Part shown: positions 1 to 11,424 of the stretch, piece by piece
Layout of the letters: every line of letters starts with the position of its first letter
Position numbering within the stretch: the first letter of the stretch is position 1
NCBI RefSeq assembly: GCF_030144855.1
Contig: NC_082707.1
Span: forward strand, 11,780,001 to 11,844,000
Source of the DNA: Hypanus sabinus
Taxonomy: Eukaryota
DNA length: 64,000 nt
Direction of reading: 5' to 3'
Program-made: the position numbers and the translations under genes
The notes under the pieces: generated by a model
What the model saw: the letters and a program-made list of their open reading frames with translations, nothing else
Told to the model about the DNA's origin: nothing
Databases searched by the model: none

Positions 1-744
1 GCAGACGCACTACGGTGTCGCTAAGTGTGTGATCATGCACTTTAGTAGAAGAAATAAACTGTAGATTTTTTGCAGGACTTCAGAAAGTTTAATTTGAAGT
101 TTGCAAACTGTGGTGAGGTAGATGAACTAAACCTTAGCGTTCCTTTCAAGAACACTAGGATATGAAAGCAATGATGTAATGCTGAAGCTGCATAAGGCAC
201 TGGTTAAATGACACCTGGAGTACTGTGATGAATTTAAGAAAGGATGTGCTCTTGTTGGAGAGCTTCCAGAAGAGATCAAAGAGAAGATTTCGGCAATGAA
301 ATGCTTACCATATTTAAAGCGGTTGAAGGTTCTAGGCTTCTACTCTTTGGAATTACGTAGAATGAGTGGGAAACATTACTGAATCCCATTGAATGTAATG
401 GAGTGGATGTGAAGAAGTGCTTTATTTGGTGGGCGATTCCAGAACAGAGGGCGGCAGCCTCAATATAGAGCGACGCCTATTTTTTATAGATTTGAGAAGT
501 AATTTCTTTGCCAATAGGACGTGAATCTGTGGAGTTCGTTGCTATAGGAGGCCGTGGAGGCAGGTAATCTGGTGATGATCAGGTCGAGCATGATAGCTTC
601 TTGGTGAGTCAGGTGTGAAAGCCTATGATAACAAGTAAGAGAATGTATTGAGAGGAAAATCGATCACCCATTTAAAAATGACGGGGCAGTCTCGAAGAGC
701 CGAATGGATTAAATCGGCTTCTATGTCTTATGTTCTTATGGTCT
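1..744 (+). mobile_element. CR1 LINE 3' fragment (degenerate)
   Basis: Decayed C-terminal RT-like sequence (cacctggagtactgtg...) followed by the CR1-type 3' end 'ctatgtcttatgttcttatggtct' at about 721-744; similar to the younger CR1 copies in this window. Confidence 0.8.
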
Positions 745-921
745 AAACTATTTTCTTAGAAATACTCTTTGATCGCCATAAATAGAACTCTTTGTTAGCA
801 TATAGCCGTCAGTGGTTGATTACACGCATTTGAAAATTGAAAGATATAAGCCACACACTACAATCATATCTGTCGGTGATATCTATTTGGTAGTTTATTT
901 GATAATGACGTATAGGCCTAC

Positions 922-1743
922 CTGCCAAGGTTCGAAATTTGCAATATGAGCGCATGAGTTATTCACAAAGGGTCCGTCTCCTTCGACACAGGTGAACATG
1001 CCGTGTAGTGCGTGAGCAATGGAGTAGACCGCTTTATACACGTGGTATGAACTGCCATCCATTATCGCAGGAAGATAGCTATTTTCTATCCCCTCCATCT
1101 GTTCCTTTCCAGTGCATTGCCGAGAGTTATCCGGAATTGTCCTGCTGTCGCTGCTAAAGGAGCAGGTGAATAAATTTTCCCAAAACTCCATTACCAAAAT
1201 ATTGTCAGGAAATTTGGAAGGATGGATGTTTCGAAGATAATCTCTGAGGCCATCTATCTCTGTCCTTTGCGTGGCTAGACCAATTGTCCCGGTGAGATAA
1301 ATTGCTCTTTGTTCAGGTGGGAGAAAGTGTCTTGTCACCCAGGATTCACTTCCAATCCATTGTATTCCGGTTACATTTTGCCGCCAAATCTCATTCAATA
1401 AAATTCGCATTTCACCAGGGTGAAGAAAGGCCACTACCACTTTAGTAGACGCTTGTTTTATCACCTGGACAACTCTACTGATTTTATCTGCCGGGTCGGT
1501 CCTATAAAATGACTCAGCGTAGGCAATGCAGACTCCAAAATTTTCCACATGCTCCATAAATCCTTGAATTCCGAAATTGCCATAATCAGTATTACTTCTA
1601 ATTGTTCCAATCCAAGTCCAGCCAAAGGTTCTCACCAGTTCAGCAAGGAGTTTAGACTGGTATTGGTCACCGGGAATAGTTCTAAAAAAAGTGGGGTATT
1701 CTCTCTTATCGCTGAGACAGGAGCAGGTGGAGTAGTAACTAAC
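922..1743 (-). CDS. V2R/OlfC (CaSR-like class C GPCR) gene A, exon 3; gene continues beyond the left edge
   Basis: 822-nt open exon bounded by ag|GTT and CAG|gtagg. Encodes [24 protein letters not shown]...FGWTWIG...DYG...WIGSESW...[13 protein letters not shown]...EPWQ, the Venus flytrap domain. Confidence 0.95.
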
Positions 1744-1964
1744 CTGTAGAGAGGGAGATAAATTGATAAATACCTGGCTTGTGTTTTAAATGAAAGTGAT
1801 TGCTGTGCTTTTTGAGGTTCACGGTGATTTTGTAAAATCCTCGGCATTGTCCATACAACATGGAGAATGTGAAAAATATAAAACCGGAATTGCTGAAGTT
1901 GTTTACATTGAACCATAAATTATAGACTTCTTTTTTTCTGGTATGAAACTCTGATAAGACAAAT

Positions 1965-2500
1965 CATGATAATTACATTCGTTACTGGTCGTTGCATTAT
2001 AGGAATGATGTGCAAGCTTTGAATGAGGTTCAAAGGAGATTTACTAGATTTTTGCATGGATAATATAGTATTTCCTGGAAGGAGAGTTGTGATATCATTA
2101 TGCTCTTTTCATCAGAGCGGCTGAATCCGAGGAGAGATCTGACAGAGGATTATGAGAGACATTGACTGACTGGACTACCGGTGTCTTTCTTCCATGTTTA
2201 AAGTTCCTGAAACAGAGGACATGTATTTAAAGTGATCGCTTTTTGCTTTATATAAATTTGCCAAGCAAAACGTTTACCCAGAGAGTGGACGGGCCAATAT
2301 TACGACGGCATGTTTATTGTGTAAGTACATCGGACCGACCTGTATAATATATCCTTAGTCCCACGAATGTGTACAGAACCAAGTACTGAGGGCAGTGCAT
2401 ATGCAAATGGGACCAGTTTAGTTATGAGCTTTATTAATTATTTTGGCGGAACACAACTGGGCCGAAGGCTCTGATCGTGAGATTTTGTTATATATTCTAT
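1965..2500 (+). mobile_element. Old CR1 3' fragment
   Basis: Degenerate 'ttataggaatgatgtg...ttcaaaggagatttactag' RT C-terminal motif as in the other CR1 copies. Confidence 0.55.
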
Positions 2501-2829
2501 ACGTGAGGTTTAACGAGCGTTATTTTTTTTTACAGTTAATTTACTGGGATGGCTCATAACTTGTTCTGGTAGAAACAAGAGGCCCTTTGTTCGTCCAGGT
2601 TGACCATGGAAATTGCGTCCCATCTCTCTACGTCGATGCGGAGAATTGAATGTTACACATTGATCAGCCCCCTCCCGCTACGCAGTTGATGAATCTAAAG
2701 AATCAGCGAAGACTGACAGTGTTTGACAGTAGCATTTTTAGAGGAGTTGCTCGCCAGTGTTGAACTCAACGTAGAATTGTCTTACGAAGCTCAACTCCGG
2801 AATTTTCCTCGGGGATTCTTCCTGAATCT

Positions 2830-3080
2830 TTCCGCATGGAGTGGGTATACCCGCAAGAAAAGGGAACTCTGAGGTCAAGATTTGTCATTTTATTTAGATG
2901 AGCTGTAGGCCACTGCTAACGAGTGGTATCTACTGGAGGCGACCGATTTAAAGATCCAGAAAATTTACCTTTGCCCTCTCTCCTGGAAGTAAAAATGGTT
3001 CCGTCGGGCCTAGTAGTTAATTAATACGTGAAGGAAAGGAGACACACCTGGCAATTAGAGTCTGTTTAAGACACACTCTA
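2830..3080. repeat. Dispersed repeat, copy 1 (copy 2 at about 3880-4000)
   Basis: 'ccctctctcctg(g/a)aagta...ggttcc...agtagtt...atacgtgaagga...cacctg(g/c)caattag' occurs at about 2960-3060 and about 3890-3995, on either side of exon 2. Confidence 0.6.
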
Positions 3081-3344
3081 ATGGGAGCACTTAATACTTA
3101 ATGTGAGCTTACCTGTACTACTTCCCTGGTCTATAACACCTTAAGAAGCCTCTGCTGGATATCAGGTCTATAGAATATAAAATAGGATGGATATCAACCG
3201 CTGTAAAATCTTACTACATCCTGTAACGATTTTATGTGGTTTCTATCCTAAATTAAAGTGTGTGAGGATCATAGGTTTGTGTCCCTGCCAATAAGGATAC
3301 GGTGTCGCCAGACTGAAAATGAAGGAAAATATTCGACACGTTAC

Positions 3345-3636
3345 CATTGGAATCCCGAAGGATCCCATTGTCCTGGCGGTTACGATGGAATTTGTAGATA
3401 TATCGCAACCAACAATGGCAGCGATGTTGGAGGAACCTTTACATTGAGGGAATTCTATTGATTCTTCTTCTCCATTGATCAATGCGAGCGCTGCCTTCGA
3501 GGAGATCGCGGAGGACGAGCAGTCATCGTGTATCTGATATCCGAGTGTGAATCCCGGGAGAAGATTCTCATTCTGGTTTATTTCTTCAATGGTAAAAATC
3601 ATTGTCTGCACCAGTCGGAAGATTTCAAAATCAAAA
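3345..3636 (-). CDS. V2R/OlfC gene A, exon 2
   Basis: 292-nt exon (cag|T...ATG|gtaac) encoding [34 protein letters not shown]...AAIVGCDISTNS...FGIPM; phase matches exons 1 and 3. Confidence 0.95.
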
Positions 3637-4021
3637 CTGTGGGATAAATGGGAGATGAAATGATAAAAACGCGTAGATTACGAATTTAATCAGATGTCAT
3701 GTCAATGACCTAAAATATATATATTTTTTTCTTGTCGATAAAAGGATGTTTGAGGTACTGACCTCGACTCGGGAGGCGCGCTGTTTCTTCGTTGATTCAC
3801 CAACTCAAGATACCAACCCCACCCCATTTCACAAAAAAAAAACAGGAGTCGATACATGCCACACGAGAGTGCACGAGACAAACCATAAGCCAGAAAATTC
3901 GCCTTTTCCCTCTCTCCTGAAAGTAGACATGGTTCCATTGGGACCAGTAGTTTATTCATACGTGAAGGAATGGGCAACACCTGCCAATTAGGGGCTATTA
4001 AGTGCTCGGATAACTGAAACA

Positions 4022-4250
4022 AAGCAACACACAAATAAGACTGGAGGAGCTTAATAGGTCGGAAAATATCTACAGAGGGAAATGGTTAATCACTCTTTGG
4101 GCTGAGTCCTTTCATCAGGACTGGAGAGGATGCATGCAGTCATGGGGAATGATTTCCGCCCTAAATATCGACCCTTTTATTCTCCTTTATAGAGACTCTT
4201 CACACCGTGAGTTCCTCCAGAATTCAATTTGTGCTGCTCAAGCTTTTCTA
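4022..4250. mobile_element. Short palindromic Penelope-type element (decayed)
   Basis: Arm 'caacacac...ctggaggagct...tcctttcatcaggactgg' and inverted arm '...gagttcctccag...tgtgctgctc'. Confidence 0.6.
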
Positions 4251-4612
4251 CAGACTGTCTTAATTCTTCCACACGAGGAGATATTTCGCTCAGCGAATGC
4301 GAATTCTGTGGTCGCTTTGTCAGAGAATGATCGGAGGCTTCCTTCAAAGGTTTTAAATTCCGGTTGAATTGACGAATTCATATGGGTCCAACGTATAGCG
4401 ACTTAAAGTGTGGGTGGTGTGGACACATAATTACTCATAACATAAATATATATATAGGAATCTTCCGCAAATTATGTCGCTATTTCTGGAATTAAATCTG
4501 CGTGATTTAACTGTAATGAAATTGCAGATAGACTATTGAACAGACCATTGAACTGTTCATAAGAGGAAGAAGACCATCGGTCAATGATGTTTTTCCGAAC
4601 TATTGATACTGG

Positions 4613-4775
4613 TAACACACACCAAATGCTGGAGGAACTCAGCAGTCCAGACTGGTTCCATTGAAGGGTCGCTGCCTGAAATGTCGACTGCTTGCTCTTT
4701 CGCATTGATGCTGACTGGCCCGCTGAGTTCCTTCAGCATTTGTTGCGTGTTCCGTAGATTTCCAGGAACAAATTT
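4613..4775. mobile_element. Short palindromic Penelope-type element
   Basis: 'aacacacaccaaatgctggaggaactcagc' pairs with 'gctgagttccttcagcatttgttgcgtgtt'; decayed hammerhead-like core 'gaagggtcgctgcctgaaatgtcgactg'. Confidence 0.65.
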
Positions 4776-5639
4776 TTTGTCTTAATTATACTGGTGCTGA
4801 CATGCAGAAATTAAATTAATTCTTTATGCTTATACAATGTCCTTATCCCCACCACTGTCATTATTTACACATTGATATGCCAATAAATTTTGAAGCTTTT
4901 TATTTGCTTTGCCTCCTTCACCCCGATCAGTGCGTTTCAGAGACCCACCAATCTCGACTTAAAACTATCCAGTCATCTTCTTTCATTTTAGCTCCTCTCA
5001 CCTATGTCCTCGAAGATTAGACATTTGAATTCTTGGACATTTATCCTGGTTGTCTATTCTACATATAACTCTCATAATTTTACAAACTTCTCTCAGGCCT
5101 CTCCTCAAAATCCGCTCCTCTACGGCAAACGAGCCAAGGTTTTACAACCTATTCTTATAGCACATACCCTCTAACCTGGGCATTATCCTAGTAATCCTTT
5201 TCTGCACCATATCCAAAGCTTTCCGATAACTGGACGACCGAAATGAATGATATATTACAGTTATAGCCGAACTAGAGTACGAGTGACAACATATCAACAG
5301 ATAAATGCTCCTGTATTCCTTTAATAGTAACGAAAGTGACTAACAATGCAACTAAATATCATCGGAGAAAAACCCATTTCAATGACACTCAATGTTCATA
5401 GCTGCTGGAACTTTCCTTCTTTAGCAAAGTTGCAGTTACATTGTACACACGCAATTTAAAAAAAATAAAGACTTTCGGGTAGATACTTGGATAATGCATA
5501 CGGTCCTAACGCAGCGTATCTGATTAACAGAGGCAGGCAGGACGGTCGGCAGGGTCAAGGTGGGTTGAAAGGACCGTCTGCGAGCTCCTCTGATTTATAA
5601 TACGGTGACTGCCAACTTTGATTACAGTGGAATGGTAGA

Positions 5640-7880
5640 GAAGTTGGAAGGAGCTGCTGGCAGAAATGACATTAGAGAAGCTTCTGTGAAAATAAGGAAC
5701 TGGCAGGACAATTGAATTCCAAAAACGGAAAAATACTGAAATGGTAAAAGTTTTCAACCGTGGCAGGCAAGTTAGCCAAAGCTAATGTACAAGCAAAAGA
5801 AGGGGCACACAAGAAATCAAACATTAGCGGCAAGACAGTCGATTGGGATTGGGAAGCTTTGAAAAAAAAACCTACAAAGAACAACTAAAAGAATCATTAA
5901 ACAGGAAACTGAAGTATGAAAGCAAACTAGCAAAGAAGTATCAACGTGGATAGTAAAAGCCTTTTCAAGTATGTAAATAAAAAATAAAGGAGAAATGCGA
6001 GTGGAAGAAAATGTGGCTGGAGAAATAGAGTAATAATAACGGGAACAAGGTAATGGCAGGTGAAATAAATATTTTGCATGACTCTTCACTGTAGAAGACA
6101 CGAGACGTGAGCCAGGTATTGTACTGTGTGAAGGAAGAGAAGTGAGTGTAGTTAATATTACAAGGCAGAGGTGCTAGAAAAGCTGCAAGACCTAAAGGTA
6201 CATTCGTCACGCGGAACAGACGAACTGCAATTGAGGGCTCTGAAAGAGATTGTGGAGGGATTAGAAAAGATATTTCAAAAGTATTTAGACTCTGTCATAG
6301 TGCCAGTGGAGTGGAAAGTTGCAATTAACACCCCATTCTTGAAGAAAGGAGGAAGAGAGCAGAAGGAAATTATAAAGCAGTTAGCGGGTCCTCAGTGGTT
6401 GGGAAGATGTTCAAGTTGTTAAGGATGAGGTCATGCAGTACTTGAAGACACAGGACAAAATAGGGCAACATTGGTATGGTTTCTGTAAAGGGGGTTTCTT
6501 CTTTTTTCTTTGTACTGTGTATGTAATCAAAATGTTTTCTTTGTTTTGTAAAAAGCAGGAATGCTTCTTTGTTGCGAGGGAGTGCTGGAAGCTTGTTTGG
6601 GTTAAAATTTACTGATAACGAGAACTGTATTCCTTTGTAAACCAATTGGGATTAATGTTGTTCCTTCTTCTGAGTCTGTGAGCTATTGTTGGCGGGCTTT
6701 TGGGGAGATCGGCGCGAGGGGTTGAGAGAGAGAGGACGCGATGCTGTAAGCTGGGCGAGGAACGGACTCCAAGCGGGGCTCCAAGGCCAGGAGGTACTCC
6801 GAGGAGAGGAGATGAAGTTAGATGTGCTTGGTTGACCACTTCGGATGGTCCTAAGCAGCGAGTTGAGGAGTTCAGAGGGGATCGAATGGTGGCCAGAAGA
6901 CTTCAGTAATTGAGCTCCAACGGTTGTGCACGAAGTGGTTTGGACTTTGATTAGTTTGGCGCCTTTTCTTTATTTTTTTCTTCATATGTACTGTATCGTT
7001 ATTAATCACTTAATTATAGTAACCTTTATAAATTTTACTCATTTAATCGCATATGGTTTACTGTCTGTTTTTGGGCGAGGCGTGGACATCACACAGCATC
7101 CACACCAGCTGATTACCCAGTTTGGCGGGGCCGAAGGCTGCTCTCCCTAGACGAGAACGAGCTGAGCGATCCTAAGGCGACCCAGCGGGTTACATTTCCT
7201 TAGGGGAAAATCTTGTCTGAGGAACCTTTGTCGAATTATTTGAGGAGATTACAAGTATGATAGATAAAGGAGATGCTGTGGATATTATATATTTTGACTT
7301 TCAGAAGGTCTTTGACTAGGTGCCAAACATCAGACAGCTTATCAAGTTAAAGCCGAATGTATTACAGGAAAGTAACTAAGATGATTAGAACTTTGGCGGA
7401 TAGTAGGATGCAGAAAGGAGGAATATAAGGATCCTGTCTGTTTGTCTGCCAGTGACTTGTAGTGTTCCGCAGGGGAATGTGTCGGGACCTCTTCTTTTTG
7501 TCCGGTAAATATTATAATTTAGGTAATAAAGTAGATGTCTTTGTTTTCAGGTTTGCAGATGATACGACATTTGATAGAACAGCAGGCTGGGTTGAAGAAA
7601 CAGGTAGGTTTCAGAAGGACAAAGAAATTAGGAGAAAGGGCAAGAACGTGAGAAATGAAATGCAAGGTGGGAAATGCATGGTCATGTATGTCAGTATAGA
7701 AATAAATCAATAAACTATTTTCTAAACGGGGAGATATCCAGTATTGGGAGTCCTTGTGCAGAACGACCTAAAGGTTAACTTGCAGATTGTGTCGGTGGTG
7801 AGGAAGGCAAATGCAATGTTCGCATTAATTTCAAGAGGTCTAAAATACAAGAGAAGGGAAGTGATGCCGTGTCTCTATAG
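5640..7880 (+). mobile_element. CR1 LINE ORF2 fragment (degenerate), interrupted by a solo LTR
   Basis: Fragments such as WKVAINTPFLKKGGR and RFADDT; the CR1 'ggtttc|cttaggggaaaatcttg' motif is split by the 6484-7194 insertion. Confidence 0.85.
6484..7194. mobile_element. Solo LTR (711 bp) with 4-bp target-site duplication
   Basis: Termini TGTAA...TTACA, flanked by TTTC (6480-6483) and TTTC (7195-7198); removing it restores the CR1 sequence. Confidence 0.8.
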
Positions 7881-8489
7881 GACTATATCTATATCTCCCA
7901 CTTGGATTACGTAAAATCTATCATAGAATTCGCAACATATAGTTTGCAGCATGACAGTGGAAAACCATAAACTGGTGCAGAGCGTTTCAAGGTAGTTCTG
8001 TTTTAATGGGCACACTCTCTTAGGTAAATACTCAGTTCCTAAACTAGGCACAGCGATACCTCAACAAGCACGTTGCTGAGTGAAGATGCACCATCAGACT
8101 TGTTTTACTAAGATTTCTGAGCAAGAAATCAGCCGCAATTGTGCTGTTCACTACAACAGTTCGATAAAGAAAGCAAGGCATACTATTACCTTCAAAATTG
8201 TGTTTTTTTTTGTGAATATTTTGCTTTTATCTCATAGTGGTTGTGTAAATACTGAATAACAACACCGATACTTGTAAGACACAAGAAGACGTTAATTCAA
8301 CCATTTCCAGTTGAGGTATACGGGTAAAATTAATATTCCAGCAGGCTGCCGGATAGCAATGAAGGACAATATCAACGGTATATAAAACTATCAGCTTATA
8401 ATTAACTCTCAGTATAAAGATTGACTCAATGAGTGAAAACTATTTCTCTTAGACGGTGCGAATTGTCGGTCTACAAGAGGTAAGCTCAC

Positions 8490-8692
8490 CTTTTGCACCC
8501 AGTACTCTTCGGTGTAAAGGTAAATGTATGGAAATCATGGATCGGGTCCAAATGTATTGCGAATATCCCGCCAAGAATGACATCACCATCCTTGGCTAAG
8601 TCCGGCAGACTGTCTTTTGAACGAGGCTTGCAGAGTATTCCTTGCGTTTCTGGCGCGGCAGCGAGGAACACGAATAACAGAAACTGAGACAT
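8490..8692 (-). CDS. V2R/OlfC gene A, exon 1 (signal peptide)
   Basis: 203 nt from ATG to AAAAG|gtgag: MSQFLLFVFLAA...KDGDVILGGIFAIH...TGCK. The GDVILGGIF motif is typical of class C GPCRs. Confidence 0.95.
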
Positions 8693-8733
8693 TGTTCTGT
8701 TACAGGGACCAGTCGCTGTCAGAACATTGTGTA

Positions 8734-9030
8734 TTTATATCATCTCTGATTCTGAATGAAGTCCCACAGCGGTTTAAAAGTGCAGCCACTGCTTTGATGC
8801 ATTATTTTCCCCATGATGATATGGTACATTAGGGACACTCGTATTATTCTTTGTACATCTGATTAACGCCTGGGGAATTTTAGCGAAATATAGCGTAACG
8901 TTTGTTCGATGCAGGTAAAGCTCCACTCCCAGCAGGGTGCAAAGAATTTCCAATGAATAACGAAGAAACTCAGAGTGCATAAAGATTTCATGCTTCTTAT
9001 AATTCGACCCTTAGATGTAATTTAGTCATT
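8734..9030 (-). promoter_or_regulatory. Proximal promoter of gene A (TATA, E-box, O/E-like, homeodomain-like blocks)
   Basis: TATAAA at 8739-8734; CATCTG at 8856-8861; CCTGGGGAATT at 8869-8879; ATGTAATT near 9015. The blocks align with the upstream regions of genes B and D. Confidence 0.6.
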
Positions 9031-9914
9031 AGACAAACAACACGGCCATGAATTAATGGAATTGATTCTAAATTGAAAACAGCTGCAAAATACAACCATA
9101 GCTGCGGACATCAATGCTCAGGAATGCAAAATACATCAGAAAGCTCTGTACATCACAGTCAATCAAAGCAAAATCCCTCTCCACCACTGAGCACATTTAC
9201 TTGGAGTACTGTCACAAGAAAGCAGCATTTGTCATTAAATAACTCCACCATCGAGATCATGTCCTCTTCTCACTAATACCATCGAACAGAAGCTGTAGAA
9301 AAATCAGGCCCCATGCCTCCAGCTTCAAGTATTACCTTGCAAACATAAGGCTCCTGCACTGGCGCTGCTGACTGTTCTGAACTGATTCCAAGACCTACAG
9401 ATCCACTTGCAATTCTTTTTTGCAACACAGTTTCTCAGCAGTATTTTCTTTTGCATCTTCAACTTAAGATCTGTTTCTTTCAGTGTCTTCATTCACAAAC
9501 CGCAACCGAATCCAGGCACCAACCAATCCAGATGCCAGAATTGACGTCTATGGCTTCACACACAATTCAGGCACTCTGGCACATTAATGGCAGACACTCG
9601 TTTAGAAAATTTCAAATCGTAATGATAGGTTGAGAAAGAACAATGCCTCAGGGGCAACAGAGTTCCACCACGATTATTCTCGACAGTGGTGCAGCACAAG
9701 TCCACACGTTCGATACGCTACTCTGCTATGAAATCCCAATACGTTATATCTATTGACACCCATTTAATTACCTCGTGAAAATTCCGGATACATTTGATGA
9801 TTTATTTTTATTTCATAAAGAGAAATATGTCTTTCTTTTGAGACAAGGGGTTTCAATTTCCACAACTGTATGTTGGCCTTTGGTTGCAGTGGTCTTTGTA
9901 ACTGTTTATGTGTG

Positions 9915-10265
9915 GACCTGTACTCTTCCAGGTTGAAGAAGAGGGTGGGGAACATCATAAAGGACTCCTCCCATCCTGCGCACGGACTGTTTGAACTGCT
10001 TCCGTCTGGTAGGCGCTTCAGACCCCTCCAGACTAAGATTAATAAGCACTGGAGAAGTTTTTTCCCTGCTGCGGTCACTTTGCTGAACAGTTAACTGCCG
10101 GTTAACTGTCGGCTAACTATTACTTGGATTGCACTACCTGTATGTATAATCTATATTTTCATTTATATTTATCATTATTATTGTTATGTGCAAAGAGACA
10201 ACATCTGCCGGAAGTAAATTCCTTGTATGTGCACAGGTACTTGGCGATTACAGTCTGATTCTGAT
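9915..10265 (+). mobile_element. Rex1/Babar-type LINE 3' fragment
   Basis: Translates as KRVGNIIKDSSHPAHGLFELLPSGRRFR...SFFPAAVTLLN, then an AT-rich tail ending 'tctgattctgat'. Confidence 0.8.
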
Positions 10266-10739
10266 ATCAGAAGCTATAAATAAATAACATTGCAAATTTC
10301 ATTTAAAACTAATGTACCCGTGTCCGAATAATTTCACTTTGTCATTCATCTATATCATGTTTAACTTTCTATGACCGCACATTTTCCTGCACTATACCGG
10401 AATTCCGCGTTTTCATTAATAGCTGGAACTTCATTATATTATTAATGAGGAAATTTCTCCTCATCCCATTTCTGAGTGGTTCTTCGAGGCACCTTAGCCA
10501 AGTGAATCATTCCTCTGCGTACATTCTAATTATGTGATTTTCCGTCAAGTCACCTTATTTTTTAACAAACGCGACAAAAATAGCGCAGCAATTCGTTCAA
10601 TCTCTGCTGATATAGTCCCAGGACAATTCTGGTGAATCTTTGCTACATTATTTCTTTCTGAGAAGAGGGTAATACAGGCCATAATACTCACCTGTGCCCT
10701 CTATAACTGCAGTGGGGTACTACGTCTTTATTTTTATAA

Positions 10740-10950
10740 TAACACAAAGACAAAAGATACTGCGGATGCTAGCAATGTTGAACCACCCATAAAAATCGTT
10801 GAAGGAACTCAATAGGTCAGGCGGCATCTACCGAAATGAATAAACCGTCGATACGTCGCGCCGAGACCCTTCATCAAGACTGGAGATGGAAAAGAAGTAG
10901 TGAGATTAAGAAGGTGGAAGAAGTGACTTGGGTCCATGCAAGAAGGTTAT
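10740..10950 (-). mobile_element. Penelope-type short element arm (decayed)
   Basis: 'gaaggaactcaataggtcaggcggcatcta...ccgagacccttcatcaagactgga' is the reverse complement of the hammerhead-like arm seen at 58243-58370. Confidence 0.6.
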
Positions 10951-11424
10951 GGCTTGAAACCAGGAGGGTTAGTGAAGGAGAAGGCAACAGTTGAATAGGT
11001 AAACGAGCTGGTGAAGAAGGAACCCGACAGAAAGAAGAGAGTGGATCATAGGAGAAACGGAGGCATCAGAGAGCAATAGCTGGAGAGTTGAGAAAATGGA
11101 GAGTAGTTTCAGAGGAACCAGAATGAGGAACGGTATGGAAAACCTCAGTCTAAGAATAGATGACGTGGAGACGTAGGAACTGACAAAAGGGAATGGGAGT
11201 TTTACAAGAGACAGGCTAGAAAGACGTATGGACAATATCGCCAACAGAAGTTGTAGGCAAATTCAGGAGCTCAGCAGGCGTGTATAAAGCAGCAACGATA
11301 TAGTCGACGTGAATGTAACGAATGAACAGTTGTGAGAATTACCAAAAATATAACGGCAGTATGGAAGTTTGAGAAAAAATTGATGAAAAAGTTAAAGGAC
11401 AGGGTGGACGTAGTTTGCCACGGG

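Noticed and set aside
10960-11400. Purine-rich stretch with a hydrophobic antisense ORF (10969-11244)
   Set aside because: The Leu/Ser/Phe-rich translation follows from the strand bias; there are no motifs or splice evidence, and it is probably decayed TE sequence.
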